Shown here piece after piece: positions 36,194 to 46,982 of a stretch of 64,000 nucleotides of DNA. The DNA lies in assembly GCA_964246185.1 (NCBI GenBank), contig CAXTPP010000001.1, positions 28,968 to 92,967 on the forward strand, given 5' to 3'. Origin of the DNA: an uncultured Acetobacteraceae bacterium (GTDB lineage: Bacteria > Pseudomonadota > Alphaproteobacteria > Acetobacterales > Acetobacteraceae). Under the pieces are notes generated by a model. That model was given only the letters and a program-made list of their open reading frames with translations, searched no databases and had not been told where the DNA came from. Each line of letters starts with the position of its first letter. Positions within the stretch are counted from its first letter, which is position 1. A program made the position numbers and the translations under genes.

Positions 36194-37492
36194 TCACGTC
36201 GCTGACCCGGCAACGGCCCGCGCCCCGCAGGTGACCAGGATGGCGCGGAAGTCGTTGACGTTGGTGCGGGTCGGGCCGGTGACGACAAGGTCACCCAGGC
36301 TCGCGAAGAAACCGTAGCCGTCATTGTCCGCCAGCCGCGCGCGGCCGTTCACGCCGAGTGCGGCGGCCCTGGCCAGCGTGTCCGGCGCGAGCAGCGCGCC
36401 CGCGTTGTCCTCCGTGCCATCGATGCCGTCGGTGTCGCCGGCCAGCGCATGGATGCCGGGGTGGCCGTCCAGGGCCACGGCCAACCCCAGCAAGAACTCC
36501 GCGTTGCGGCCACCGCGGCCCCCGCCGCGCACCGTCACGGTGGTTTCCCCGCCGGATATCAGCACGCAGGGCGTCGGCGCGGGCTGGCCGTGCCGCGCGC
36601 ACTGGCGGGCGATCCCGGCCATCACGCGGGCCACCTCGGAGGCTTCGCCCTCGATCGCGTCACCCAGGATCACCGGCGCCACGCCGGCGGCCCGGGCGAT
36701 CTCGGCGGCGGCCTGCAACGAGGCTTGCGGCGTGGCAGCCATGATGGTCCGTGCCCGGGCGAAGGCGGCGTCGCCGGGCTTCGGAGTCTCGGCCGCCGGG
36801 TCATGCAGCCAGGCCTCGACCGCAGGCGGCGGCACGATCCCGTAACGCGCCAGTACCGCGCGGGCGTCGGCGAGCGTGGTGGCGTCGGGCACGGTGGGGC
36901 CGGAGGCGATCACCGAAGGGTCATCGCCCGGGACGTCCGAGATGACGATCGAGACCACCCGGGCCGGGGCGGCCGCGGCGGCGAGGCGGCCGCCCTTGAT
37001 GGCGGACAGGTGCTTGCGGACGCAGTTCATGTCCTGGATGCCTGCGCCGCTCCGCAGCAGCGCGCGGTTCACTGCCTGCTTGTCCGCCAGGCTGACCCCG
37101 TGCGACGGCAGCGCCAGCAGCGACGAGCCGCCGCCCGAGATGAGGCACAGCACGAGGTCGTCGGCACTTAGGCCATGCACAAGTTCGAGTATCCGCAAGG
37201 CAGCCGCCTGCCCGGCCTCGTCCGGCACGGGGTGGCTCGCTTCCACGACTTCGATGCGGGCCAGTCCGCCCACGCCGTGGCCGTAGCGCGTGACCACCAA
37301 TCCGCTGAGCGGGCGGTCGGCGGGCCAATGCGCCTCGACCGCCGCGGCCATGGCCGCCGCCGCCTTGCCGGCGCCGACCACGACGGTGCGGCCGGGCGGC
37401 GGAGCCGGGAGGCAGGGCGGCACGCACACGGAAGCCGCGGCAGCCGCGACGGCCGCCTCGAACATCCGCAGCAGCAGCGCGCGCTCCTCCAT
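36194..37492 (-). CDS. Glycerate 2-kinase (MOFRL/DUF4147 family, TtuD-like)
   Basis: 432 aa with ...VVVGAGKAAAAMA...LISGGGSSLL...GGETTVTVRGGGRGGRN.... It is the last gene of the glyoxylate-to-glycerate operon. Confidence 0.85.
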   Translation of the reverse strand: MEERALLLRMFEAAVAAAAASVCVPPCLPAPPPGRTVVVGAGKAAAAMAAAVEAHWPADRPLSGLVVTRYGHGVGGLARIEVVEASHPVPDEAGQAAALRILELVHGLSADDLVLCLISGGGSSLLALPSHGVSLADKQAVNRALLRSGAGIQDMNCVRKHLSAIKGGRLAAAAAPARVVSIVISDVPGDDPSVIASGPTVPDATTLADARAVLARYGIVPPPAVEAWLHDPAAETPKPGDAAFARARTIMAATPQASLQAAAEIARAAGVAPVILGDAIEGEASEVARVMAGIARQCARHGQPAPTPCVLISGGETTVTVRGGGRGGRNAEFLLGLAVALDGHPGIHALAGDTDGIDGTEDNAGALLAPDTLARAAALGVNGRARLADNDGYGFFASLGDLVVTGPTRTNVNDFRAILVTCGARAVAGSAT

Positions 37493-37500
37493 CTTGCTCG

Positions 37501-38412
37501 CTATTCCGCCGCCGCGGCGAGCGCCGGGGTTTGGCCGATCTCGTGGCAGGCCAGCTTCTCCAGCACCCGCACCATGCCGGAATGGTCCCAGCCCTTGCCG
37601 CCGGCGGCGGCAGCGGCGTTGAACAGCTCCTGGCAGGCGGCGGTGTTCGGCAGGCTTAGGCCAAGACTACGCGCGCCTTGCAGGGCGAGGTTGAGGTCCT
37701 TCTGGTGCAGCTCGACCCGGAAGCCCGGCGCGAAATTACGCTTGACCATGCGCTCGCCATGCACCTCCAGGATGCGGGAGTTGGCGAAGCCGCCCATCAG
37801 CGCCTGACGCACCCGGGCCGGGTCTGCGCCAGCCTTGGAGGCGAACAGCAGCGCCTCGCCGACGGCTTCGATGGTCAGCGCGACGATGATCTGGTTGGCG
37901 ACCTTGGTGGTCTGGCCGTCGCCGTTGCCGCCCACGAGGGTGATGTTCTTGCCCATCAGCTCGAAGATCGGCCTCACGGCGGCGAAAGCCTGCTCCGGAC
38001 CGCCGACCATGATGGTGAGGCTGGCAACCTTCGCGCCGACATCGCCGCCCGACACCGGCGCGTCGAGGTAGTCGCAGCCGAGCTGGTTGATGCGGCGGGC
38101 GAACTGCTTGGTGGCCACCGGCGCGATGCTGCTCATGTCCACCACGATCTTGCCCGGCGACAGCCCCTCCGCAACGCCCCCCGGCCCGAACAGCACAGCC
38201 TCCACGTCTGGTGTGTCGGGCACCATCGTGATGACGATGTCGGCCGCCTTCGCCACCTCGCTCCCGCTGCTGCATGGCACGGCGCCCTGGGCCACCAGCT
38301 CCCCGGGGATCTGCGACCGGTTGTGGACGAACAGGGTATGGCCGCCCGCGATCAGGTGGCCGGCCATGGGACGGCCCATGATGCCCAGGCCGATGAAACC
38401 GATGCTGCTCAT
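37501..38412 (-). CDS. glxR: 2-hydroxy-3-oxopropionate (tartronate semialdehyde) reductase
   Basis: 303 aa: MSSIGFIGLGIMGRPMAGHL (NAD fold) ...GDGQTTKVANQI... Confidence 0.88.
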   Translation of the reverse strand: MSSIGFIGLGIMGRPMAGHLIAGGHTLFVHNRSQIPGELVAQGAVPCSSGSEVAKAADIVITMVPDTPDVEAVLFGPGGVAEGLSPGKIVVDMSSIAPVATKQFARRINQLGCDYLDAPVSGGDVGAKVASLTIMVGGPEQAFAAVRPIFELMGKNITLVGGNGDGQTTKVANQIIVALTIEAVGEALLFASKAGADPARVRQALMGGFANSRILEVHGERMVKRNFAPGFRVELHQKDLNLALQGARSLGLSLPNTAACQELFNAAAAAGGKGWDHSGMVRVLEKLACHEIGQTPALAAAAE

Positions 38413-38428
38413 GATGCTCTCTCCGGTG

Positions 38429-39217
38429 TCAGGATGCAGGCGTGCGCGAGGGCTCGAACCAGCCTAGCCCGGCTGTGGTCGTCGTGCGCGGCTTGTACTC
38501 GCAGCCGATCCAGCCGTCATAGCCCAGCGCGTCGACGCGGCTGAACATGAATGGATAGTTGATCTCCCCGGTGCCCGGCTCGTTGCGGCCCGGGTTGTCG
38601 GCGCGCTGGATATGGCCGATCTGGCTGAGGTACGCCTTCAGGGTGCGCGCGAGGTCACCCCCCATGACTTGCGCATGGTAGATGTCGAACTGCAGCTTCA
38701 GGTTCCCGCTGCCGACCTCGGCGATGATGTCCAGCGCCGGCCGGGTCTGCGAGACGAAGAAGCCCGGAACGTCGCGCGTGTTGACCGGCTCCAGCACCAG
38801 CTGCAGACCGTCAGCCGCCAGTTCGCCCGCGGCGCAGCGCAGGTTCCCTGCCAGGGCCGCACGCGCCGCCGCCGGGTCAGCGCCGGCAGGGAGGATGCCG
38901 GCAAGGCAGTTCAGCCGCGGGCAGCCCAGCGTGGCGGCGTAGTCGATGGCGCGCGCCACGCCGGCGCGGAACTCGGCCGTGCGCTGCGGATGGCAGGCGA
39001 TGCCGCGCTCGCCGGCCGCCCAGTCGCCAGCCGGCAGGTTGTGCAGGATGAGCTGCAGGCCGTTGGAATGCAGCGCCTTGGCGAGGGCGTGCTTGTCGAA
39101 GTCGTAGGGGAACAGCATCTCCACCGCCTCGAACCCGGCCGCCGCCGCAGCGGCGAAACGGTCGAGGAACGGCAGCTCGGTGAACAGCATCGTCAGGTTG
39201 GCCGAGAATTTCGGCAA
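38429..39217 (-). CDS. hyi: Hydroxypyruvate isomerase
   Basis: 262 aa: MPKFSANLTMLFTELPFLDRF...LVLEPVN...IGHIQRAD... (TIM-barrel xylose-isomerase-like). Confidence 0.88.
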   Translation of the reverse strand: MPKFSANLTMLFTELPFLDRFAAAAAAGFEAVEMLFPYDFDKHALAKALHSNGLQLILHNLPAGDWAAGERGIACHPQRTAEFRAGVARAIDYAATLGCPRLNCLAGILPAGADPAAARAALAGNLRCAAGELAADGLQLVLEPVNTRDVPGFFVSQTRPALDIIAEVGSGNLKLQFDIYHAQVMGGDLARTLKAYLSQIGHIQRADNPGRNEPGTGEINYPFMFSRVDALGYDGWIGCEYKPRTTTTAGLGWFEPSRTPAS

Positions 39218-39289
39218 TGAAGCCTCCCATTGCGCCCGGCGCGTCGTTCGCGCCTGGCGTCTGTCAGGCGATTGGCGGCGGGCGCCGGG

Positions 39290-41122
<1,833 letters not shown>

Positions 41123-41364
41123 CAACCCGCTCCCTTGCGTCTCGTTGCGGGCACTCTGCCAGATGCATCTCGTAAATGCGTCCATTCCCGCATCGTGGAA
41201 ACTGGACGCAGGCGGGCTTGTGGAACAGCGTGCTAGGCGTTTGCCAGCCGGCGTTTCCAGGCGAGCGAGCGCATCGGCCCGGAACTTTTCCGTATGCCGG
41301 GAAACCTGCGGAAGTCATTATCCGGATCAGCCGCTTAACGCTCGCCACGAGGTTGCGGCGGAGA

Positions 41365-42216
41365 ATGCACGACATGGCGCAGGACACAGCGAAGCCGCGG
41401 GCACAGGGGGCGGTCCGGGCCAGGCCGCAAGCGAAGCCCGTCCGCGGAAGCGACCAGGTGCAGTCGCTGGTGCGCGCGCTGACGCTGCTGAACCGGATCG
41501 CGGAAGCGCCCGACGCCGGCGCCACGCTGACCGAACTCGCGCAGCAGGTCGGCCTGCCGCCCTCGACGGCGCACCGGCTGCTGACCACCCTGGAGCAGGA
41601 GCGTTACGTGCGGTTCGACCATGACGGGCGGCTCTGGTCGATCGGCGTGCAGGCCTTCGTCACCGGGTGCAGCTTCACCAGGACGCGCAGCCTGGTCGGC
41701 GTGGCCCGGCCGCACATGCGACGCCTGATGGAAGACGCCGGCGAGACGATCAACCTGGCCGTGGAGGACGACGGCATGGCGGTCTATCTCGCCCAGGTGG
41801 AGTGCCGGCAGATGATGCGCGCCTTCGCCAGGCCGGGTTCGCGGGCGCCGCTGCACTGCTCGGCCGTCGGCAAGGCCATCCTGTCTGCGGTCAGCGACAA
41901 AGCGTTGTCGAAGATCCTGCACCAGCACGGCATGCCCCGCCTCACGCTCAAGACCATCACGTCGCCGTCCGCGCTGCGGGCCGACCTGGCGCGGGCACGG
42001 GAAGCCGGCCACGTGATCGACGACGAGGAACACGCGGTTGGGCTGCGCTGCATCGGAGCGCCGCTCTTCGACGAGACCGGCGATGTCATTGGCGCCATCT
42101 CCGCCTCCGGCCCGATGGCCCGCATCAACGATGGCCGTGTCGGGCAGCTGGCCGACTTGGTGCGGCGGGCGGCACGGGCCATTTCGGCGGACATGGGCGG
42201 AGCTTCGCCCTGCTAG
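41365..42216 (+). CDS. IclR-family transcriptional regulator (likely glyoxylate/glycerate pathway regulator)
   Basis: The start is ATG 41365 or 41374. HTH: VQSLVRALTLLNRIAEAPDAGATLTELAQQVGLPPSTAHRLLTTL. It is divergent from gcl. Confidence 0.88.
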   Translation: MHDMAQDTAKPRAQGAVRARPQAKPVRGSDQVQSLVRALTLLNRIAEAPDAGATLTELAQQVGLPPSTAHRLLTTLEQERYVRFDHDGRLWSIGVQAFVTGCSFTRTRSLVGVARPHMRRLMEDAGETINLAVEDDGMAVYLAQVECRQMMRAFARPGSRAPLHCSAVGKAILSAVSDKALSKILHQHGMPRLTLKTITSPSALRADLARAREAGHVIDDEEHAVGLRCIGAPLFDETGDVIGAISASGPMARINDGRVGQLADLVRRAARAISADMGGASPC

Positions 42217-42224
42217 AGCATCAT

Positions 42225-42249
42225 CCGACCGAACTGGGGCACCGGTCGG
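42225..42249. terminator. Stem-loop between convergent genes (possible bidirectional terminator)
   Basis: CCGACCG-aactggggcac-CGGTCGG is a 7-bp perfect stem with no clear U-tract. Confidence 0.3.
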
Positions 42250-42274
42250 GTAAAGGTGCTCGCAAAAACAAAGC

Positions 42275-42550
42275 CTAGGTGTCGGCGCTGATCTCAGCTT
42301 CCAGCGCCTGCAGCTGCTGGTCCAGCGCACCTTTGTCCGCCACCTCGTCCAAGGCATCCAGCAAGCTGCGCCGGCAGCGGTCATGCCCGCCGTCCATGTC
42401 GACCGCCCCGCGCACCCCGGCCAGGCAGTCGGCGTAGGCGTTGCCCGCCGCCATCGCCGCATCGCCGTGGGGCGCCAACAGCTCCCGGATGCGCCGGTCC
42501 ACCCAGCCCGGCGTCGAGGGCGTCTCCTCGGTCAGCGACGAGCACGTCAC
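42275..42550 (-). CDS. Hypothetical 91-aa protein, translationally coupled to argF
   Basis: The GTG overlaps the argF stop (GTGA). GC3 is high. Sequence: [91 protein letters not shown]. Confidence 0.5.
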   Translation of the reverse strand: MTCSSLTEETPSTPGWVDRRIRELLAPHGDAAMAAGNAYADCLAGVRGAVDMDGGHDRCRRSLLDALDEVADKGALDQQLQALEAEISADT

Positions 42551-43512
42551 CGCACCGCCCCCAGCGCCCAGGCCAGCACGCCCTTCTGCGCGTGCAGGCG
42601 GTTCTCCGCGCCGTCGAACACCACCGATTGGGCTCCGTCGATCACCTCGGCCGTCACCTCCTCGCCGCGGTGCGCCGGCAGGCAGTGCATGAACAGCGCG
42701 TCCGGAGCGGCCGCGCGCATCAGCCGGCCATCCACCTGGTAGGGCGCCAGCAAGTTATGGCGGCTCTGGTTCGGGTCGTCCGCCATGCTCACCCAGGCGT
42801 CCGTCACCACGCAGCGCGCGCCTGCGACGGCGGCGGCGGGGTCGGTGCCGACGGTGACAGTGGCGCCTTCCGACCGCGCCCAGGCGAGCGCCGCCGGGTC
42901 AGGCTGCAGGGACGCGGGGCAGGCGATGTGCAGCGTGAAGCCGAAGCGCACCGCCGCCTCGATCCAGGAGCGGGCGACGTTGTTGCCGTCTCCGACCCAG
43001 GCCACGACCTGGCCCGCGACCGGCCCGCGGTGCTCCTCGAACGTCATGATGTCGGCCATCAGCTGGCATGGGTGGGACTTGTCGGTCAGCCCGTTGATCA
43101 CCGGCACCGTCGCGTGCAGCGCCAGTTCCGCGAGCTTGGCCGCGTTGTCGGTCCGCAGCATGACGGCGTCCACGTAGCGGGACAGCACCCGGGCGGTGTC
43201 GGCCACCGTCTCGCCGCGGCCCAGTTGCAGCTCGCTGCCTTGCAGCACCACCACGTCACCGCCCAATTGGCGCATCGCCACCTCGAACGAGACACGGGTG
43301 CGGGTGGACGGCTTCTCGAACACCAGCGCCAGGGTGCGGCCGGCGAGCGGGCGGGAGGACGGGACGCCCGCCCGCTTGAAGCCGCGCGCCACGTCCAGCA
43401 TCTGCCGCAGCACCGCCGGGTCGAAGTGCCGCAGGTCCAGGAAGTGCCGTGGGCTGCCCTCTTCCGGTTCCGGCCCGTCCTCCGCGCGCGGGCGGCGGAG
43501 CGCGCCGCTCAT
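42547..43512 (-). CDS. argF: Ornithine carbamoyltransferase
   Basis: The start was re-picked at MSGALRR, overlapping the argD stop (ATGA). Motifs: [13 protein letters not shown], ...HPCQ..., ...[10 protein letters not shown]... Confidence 0.92.
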   Translation of the reverse strand: MSGALRRPRAEDGPEPEEGSPRHFLDLRHFDPAVLRQMLDVARGFKRAGVPSSRPLAGRTLALVFEKPSTRTRVSFEVAMRQLGGDVVVLQGSELQLGRGETVADTARVLSRYVDAVMLRTDNAAKLAELALHATVPVINGLTDKSHPCQLMADIMTFEEHRGPVAGQVVAWVGDGNNVARSWIEAAVRFGFTLHIACPASLQPDPAALAWARSEGATVTVGTDPAAAVAGARCVVTDAWVSMADDPNQSRHNLLAPYQVDGRLMRAAAPDALFMHCLPAHRGEEVTAEVIDGAQSVVFDGAENRLHAQKGVLAWALGAVR

Positions 43513-44702
43513 TTCGCCGCAGCTTGGGCGTAAGGACGGCAGCGGCGCACGCCACGGCGGATCATATCCAGCGCCGTCGCCACATCCTCGTCCGTGATGA
43601 CCAGCGGCGGCACCAGGCGCACCACGTTGTCCCCCGCGCTGACGGTCAGCAGCCCTTCCGCGGTGAAGGCGGATTGCAGGTCGCCGTTCGGCACCCGGCA
43701 CTTCAGCCCGAGCATCAGGCCCGCGCCGCGCACGTCCTCCAGCACGTCCGGCTCGTCCCGCACAAGCTGCTCCAGCGCGTGCCACAGCGCTCGGGCCTTG
43801 CGGTCCACCTCGTCCAGGAAGCCCGGCGCCAGCATCACGTCCAGCACCGCGTTGGCCGCCGCGCAGGCGAGCGGGTTGCCGCCGAACGTCGTCCCATGGG
43901 TGCCGGGCGACAGGTGGCGCGCGACCGCCTCCTTGGCCAGCACCGCGCCCATCGGGAAGCCGCCGGCGATGCCCTTAGCGGCGGACATCACATCCGGCTC
44001 GATGCCTGCCCACTCGTGCGCGAACAGCTTGCCGGTGCGCCCCATGCCGCACTGCACCTCGTCCAGGCCGAGCAGCAGGCCGAACTCGTCGCACACCGCC
44101 CGCAGCTCTTGCAGGAAACGCAGGGAGGCCGGGCGCACGCCGCCCTCGCCCTGCACCGGCTCGACGAAGATGCCGGCGGTGTGCGGCCCGATCGCGTCCC
44201 GCACCGCGTTCATGTTGCCGAACGGTACGTGGTCAAAGCCTTGCACCGCCGGGCCGAAGCCTTGCAGGTACTTGGCGTTGCCGGTGGCGCTGATCATGGC
44301 CAGGGTGCGGCCGTGGAACGCGCCGTCGAAGCAGATGAGGTGGAACCGCTCGGGCTGCCCGGCATCGGCCATCGTGCGGCGGATCGCCTTGACCATGCCC
44401 TCATTCGCCTCCGCGCCCGAGTTGCAGAAGAACACGCTGTCGGCGAACGTCGCCTCCACCAGGCGCGCGGCCAGCCGCTCTGCGCCGGGCACGCGGTAGA
44501 GGTTGGAGACGTGCATCACCTTGGCGGCCTGCCCGGCGATGGCGGCGACCAGGTGGGCGTTGTTGTGGCCGAGCGATGAGGTCGCGATGCCAGCGCCGAA
44601 GTCGAGGTATCGCCGTCCGTCGCCGGTGAGCAGCCAGGCACCCTCGCCCCGCTCGAAGGCGAGGTCGGCACGGTTGTAGGTGGGCATCAGCGAAGCGATC
44701 AT
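43509..44702 (-). CDS. argD: Acetylornithine aminotransferase (class III aminotransferase)
   Basis: 397 aa: ...LGHNNAHLV...[11 protein letters not shown]...[15 protein letters not shown]... Confidence 0.9.
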   Translation of the reverse strand: MIASLMPTYNRADLAFERGEGAWLLTGDGRRYLDFGAGIATSSLGHNNAHLVAAIAGQAAKVMHVSNLYRVPGAERLAARLVEATFADSVFFCNSGAEANEGMVKAIRRTMADAGQPERFHLICFDGAFHGRTLAMISATGNAKYLQGFGPAVQGFDHVPFGNMNAVRDAIGPHTAGIFVEPVQGEGGVRPASLRFLQELRAVCDEFGLLLGLDEVQCGMGRTGKLFAHEWAGIEPDVMSAAKGIAGGFPMGAVLAKEAVARHLSPGTHGTTFGGNPLACAAANAVLDVMLAPGFLDEVDRKARALWHALEQLVRDEPDVLEDVRGAGLMLGLKCRVPNGDLQSAFTAEGLLTVSAGDNVVRLVPPLVITDEDVATALDMIRRGVRRCRPYAQAAAK

Positions 44703-44825
44703 GGCGGCAGGACCTCAGATGGCCCCCAATCCCTGGGGAAGGGCGGAGCATGAGACGCCCGCGCTGGCCAAGTCAAACCCGAAAGCGAACGGCGCCAAGG
44801 GCTTTCTCAAGTATGGGGGGCTTCC

Positions 44826-45233
44826 TCAGTTGTTGTAGACGAAGTTGGGCATCGCGTTCAGCGAGTCCTTGGTGGCGCCCGGCAGCATGTAGCGGCCGTC
44901 CGCCGCCTTCTGCAGCTGGCCGACCGGCAGCGCCACCTGCTTGCCGCCCAGCCCCATGACGCCGCCAACCGAGATGATCGCCAGCACCACGGTGTTGTCC
45001 GAAGTCATGATCAGGTCGTCGATCGCCCCAACCTGGGTGTTGCCGTCGCTGTACACGCCGGCGCCGATCACCTTGCTGGCGCGGACGCCGCCCTCCATCC
45101 GCACGCTGGCGACCGACAGGTTCGGGTTGCCCGGCGCGGGCGTCAGCTTGGCGTCCGGCGGCGCAGGGGGTTGGGCGTGGACCGGGCCAGCCAGCAGGGC
45201 GGCGGCAAGCATAAGGCCGATGATGCGTGTCAC
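44826..45233 (-). CDS. PRC-barrel domain protein (secreted)
   Basis: GTG start with the RBS gggagag upstream. It has a signal peptide VTRIIGLMLAAALLAGPVHAQ, then ...VIGAGVYSDGNTQVGAIDDLIMTSDNTVVLAIISVGG... Confidence 0.75.
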   Translation of the reverse strand: MTRIIGLMLAAALLAGPVHAQPPAPPDAKLTPAPGNPNLSVASVRMEGGVRASKVIGAGVYSDGNTQVGAIDDLIMTSDNTVVLAIISVGGVMGLGGKQVALPVGQLQKAADGRYMLPGATKDSLNAMPNFVYNN

Positions 45234-45309
45234 GGAATGATCTCTCCCAATCCATCCGGCAACGCCTGCGCGGCACGCGAGGTTCCGGACGCCGCCGCCG
45301 CGTGGCAGT

Positions 45310-45903
45310 GTGGCCGCCATGCGTCCCCCCAAACCGGCTGGCCCGGCGCCGGATGCCGCCAGCTTGCGGCAGGCGGCGCTGACCTATCTCACCCGCTACA
45401 GCGCCACGCAAACCGGGCTGCTCCGCGTGCTGGGCCGCCGCATCGACCGCTGGGCCCGCGTGGCGGAAGCGCCACCTGAGGCCGCCGCCGCCGCCAAGGC
45501 CGCCGCCCGAGGCGTGGTGGCGCACCTCGCCTCGATCGGGGCGGTGGATGACGCGCTGTTCGCCGCCGGACGAGCCCGCAGCCTGCACCGCGCCGGCCGT
45601 TCCCGCCGAGCCATTGCGGCGCACTTGCAGGCGAAGGGGGTGCCGCCGGACCTCGCCAGCCCGCCGGATGACCCGGCGGCCGAACTCGCGGCCGCCGTGC
45701 TCTATGCCAGCCGCCGCCGCATGGGTCCGTTCCGCCCATCGCCAAGCGAACCTGTGTCCGGCGAGGCAGCCGATCCGGCACGGCGCATGCGGGAGCTGGG
45801 CCGGCTGGCGCGCGCCGGGTTCCCGGCCACCATCGCTGGCCGCGTGCTGGATCTGCCGCCCGAGGAGGCTGAGGCGCTGCTGCTGGAAGCCCGGCGTGGA
45901 TGA
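45310..45903 (+). CDS. recX: RecX-family regulatory protein
   Basis: 197 aa: ...LRQAALTYLTRYSATQTGLLRVLGRR...GAVDDALFAAGRARSLHRAGRSRRAIAAHLQAKGV... Confidence 0.8.
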   Translation: MAAMRPPKPAGPAPDAASLRQAALTYLTRYSATQTGLLRVLGRRIDRWARVAEAPPEAAAAAKAAARGVVAHLASIGAVDDALFAAGRARSLHRAGRSRRAIAAHLQAKGVPPDLASPPDDPAAELAAAVLYASRRRMGPFRPSPSEPVSGEAADPARRMRELGRLARAGFPATIAGRVLDLPPEEAEALLLEARRG

Positions 45904-46054
45904 GGGGGCGGGGATGATGAGTGCATTCCTGCCGCAGTGCCGAGGCAAAGCGCAGCCAAGGCCCGGAATAACCCTTTCGCAATGAAGACGGCCCGGCGTC
46001 AGGCTGTTAGCGTCGTGTTATGGCCTGATTCAGGGCTTTTTGGAGGAGCGACGC

Positions 46055-46450
46055 ATGACCATCCGACTCACAGGGCTGCTTGCCGCCCTCGCCATGCTGA
46101 CGGCCGGCGGGGCCTATGCGCAGGGCGCCAACGATGCTCCTGCCGGCCCCCCCGCCAGCATGGACGCCCCCGCTGAGGTCAACGGTGCCGCAACCATGCC
46201 GGGCACCGGGCACATGATGCACATGCGCCACCACGGCAGCCCAGCCGGCGCTGCTGCGGCCGGCGATGCGACGACGCCTGCTGGCAAGGCCGCCGCCCAG
46301 GCGCTGAACACGGCCCCAGGCGCCGCACCGGTGCCCTACGTCGATTTCCAGCCGCAAGCCGCACCTGCTTCGGGTCACGGCGCGGTCCACCACGCCGTCA
46401 TGCGCGGCCACATGGCCGCGAAGAAGGCAGCGGCCAAGCCAGCGCAATAA
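46055..46450 (+). CDS. Secreted His/Met-rich low-complexity protein (hypothetical)
   Basis: The RBS ggagg is present. Signal peptide MTIRLTGLLAALAMLTAGGAYAQ. It carries GTGHMMHMRHHGS and GHGAVHHAVMRGHM motifs. Confidence 0.6.
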   Translation: MTIRLTGLLAALAMLTAGGAYAQGANDAPAGPPASMDAPAEVNGAATMPGTGHMMHMRHHGSPAGAAAAGDATTPAGKAAAQALNTAPGAAPVPYVDFQPQAAPASGHGAVHHAVMRGHMAAKKAAAKPAQ

Positions 46451-46454
46451 CGCC

Positions 46455-46955
46455 TTGCAGGTCCGGTGCGATGCGCCGGACCCCCTCTTGGCGCTGCCCC
46501 TCTTGGCGTTGTCGGACTGCGCCGGCGGGCAGCCCCGGATAGGCAGGTCCGCCAGCGTCGAGTGCGTGCCCTACGCGCGCCAAGTCAGCGGCGTGCAGCT
46601 GTTCGGCGATGCCGCGTCCTGGTGGGATGCTGCCGCCGGACGGTACGCTCGCAGCTCCGAGCCGACCCCGGGTGCCCTGCTGGTGTTCCAGCGCACGGCG
46701 CGGCTGCCGTCCGGCCACGTCTCCGTCGTGACGGCGCTGCGCTCCCCGCGGGAGATCGCCGTGACGCAAGCCAACTGGGAGCACGGCCGCATCGCCCGCA
46801 GCGAGCCGGTGGTGGACGTCTCCCCCGCCAACGACTGGACGGCGGTGCGGGTGTGGTGGGCGCCGCTCGGACAGCTGGGCAGCTCCACATACCCGACCTT
46901 CGGGTTCGTCGCACCCAAGCCGCCTGCCCTGGCGGAGGTGGTCGCGTCGCGCTAG
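46455..46955 (+). CDS. CHAP-domain (cysteine peptidase/amidase) lipoprotein
   Basis: ...LLALSDC (lipobox) ...VECVPYARQVSG...SGHVSVV... supplies the CHAP Cys/His. The start codon (TTG) is uncertain. Confidence 0.75.
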   Translation: MQVRCDAPDPLLALPLLALSDCAGGQPRIGRSASVECVPYARQVSGVQLFGDAASWWDAAAGRYARSSEPTPGALLVFQRTARLPSGHVSVVTALRSPREIAVTQANWEHGRIARSEPVVDVSPANDWTAVRVWWAPLGQLGSSTYPTFGFVAPKPPALAEVVASR

Positions 46956-46982
46956 GGAAGAAGTCGCACCCGGACTCTTCCC

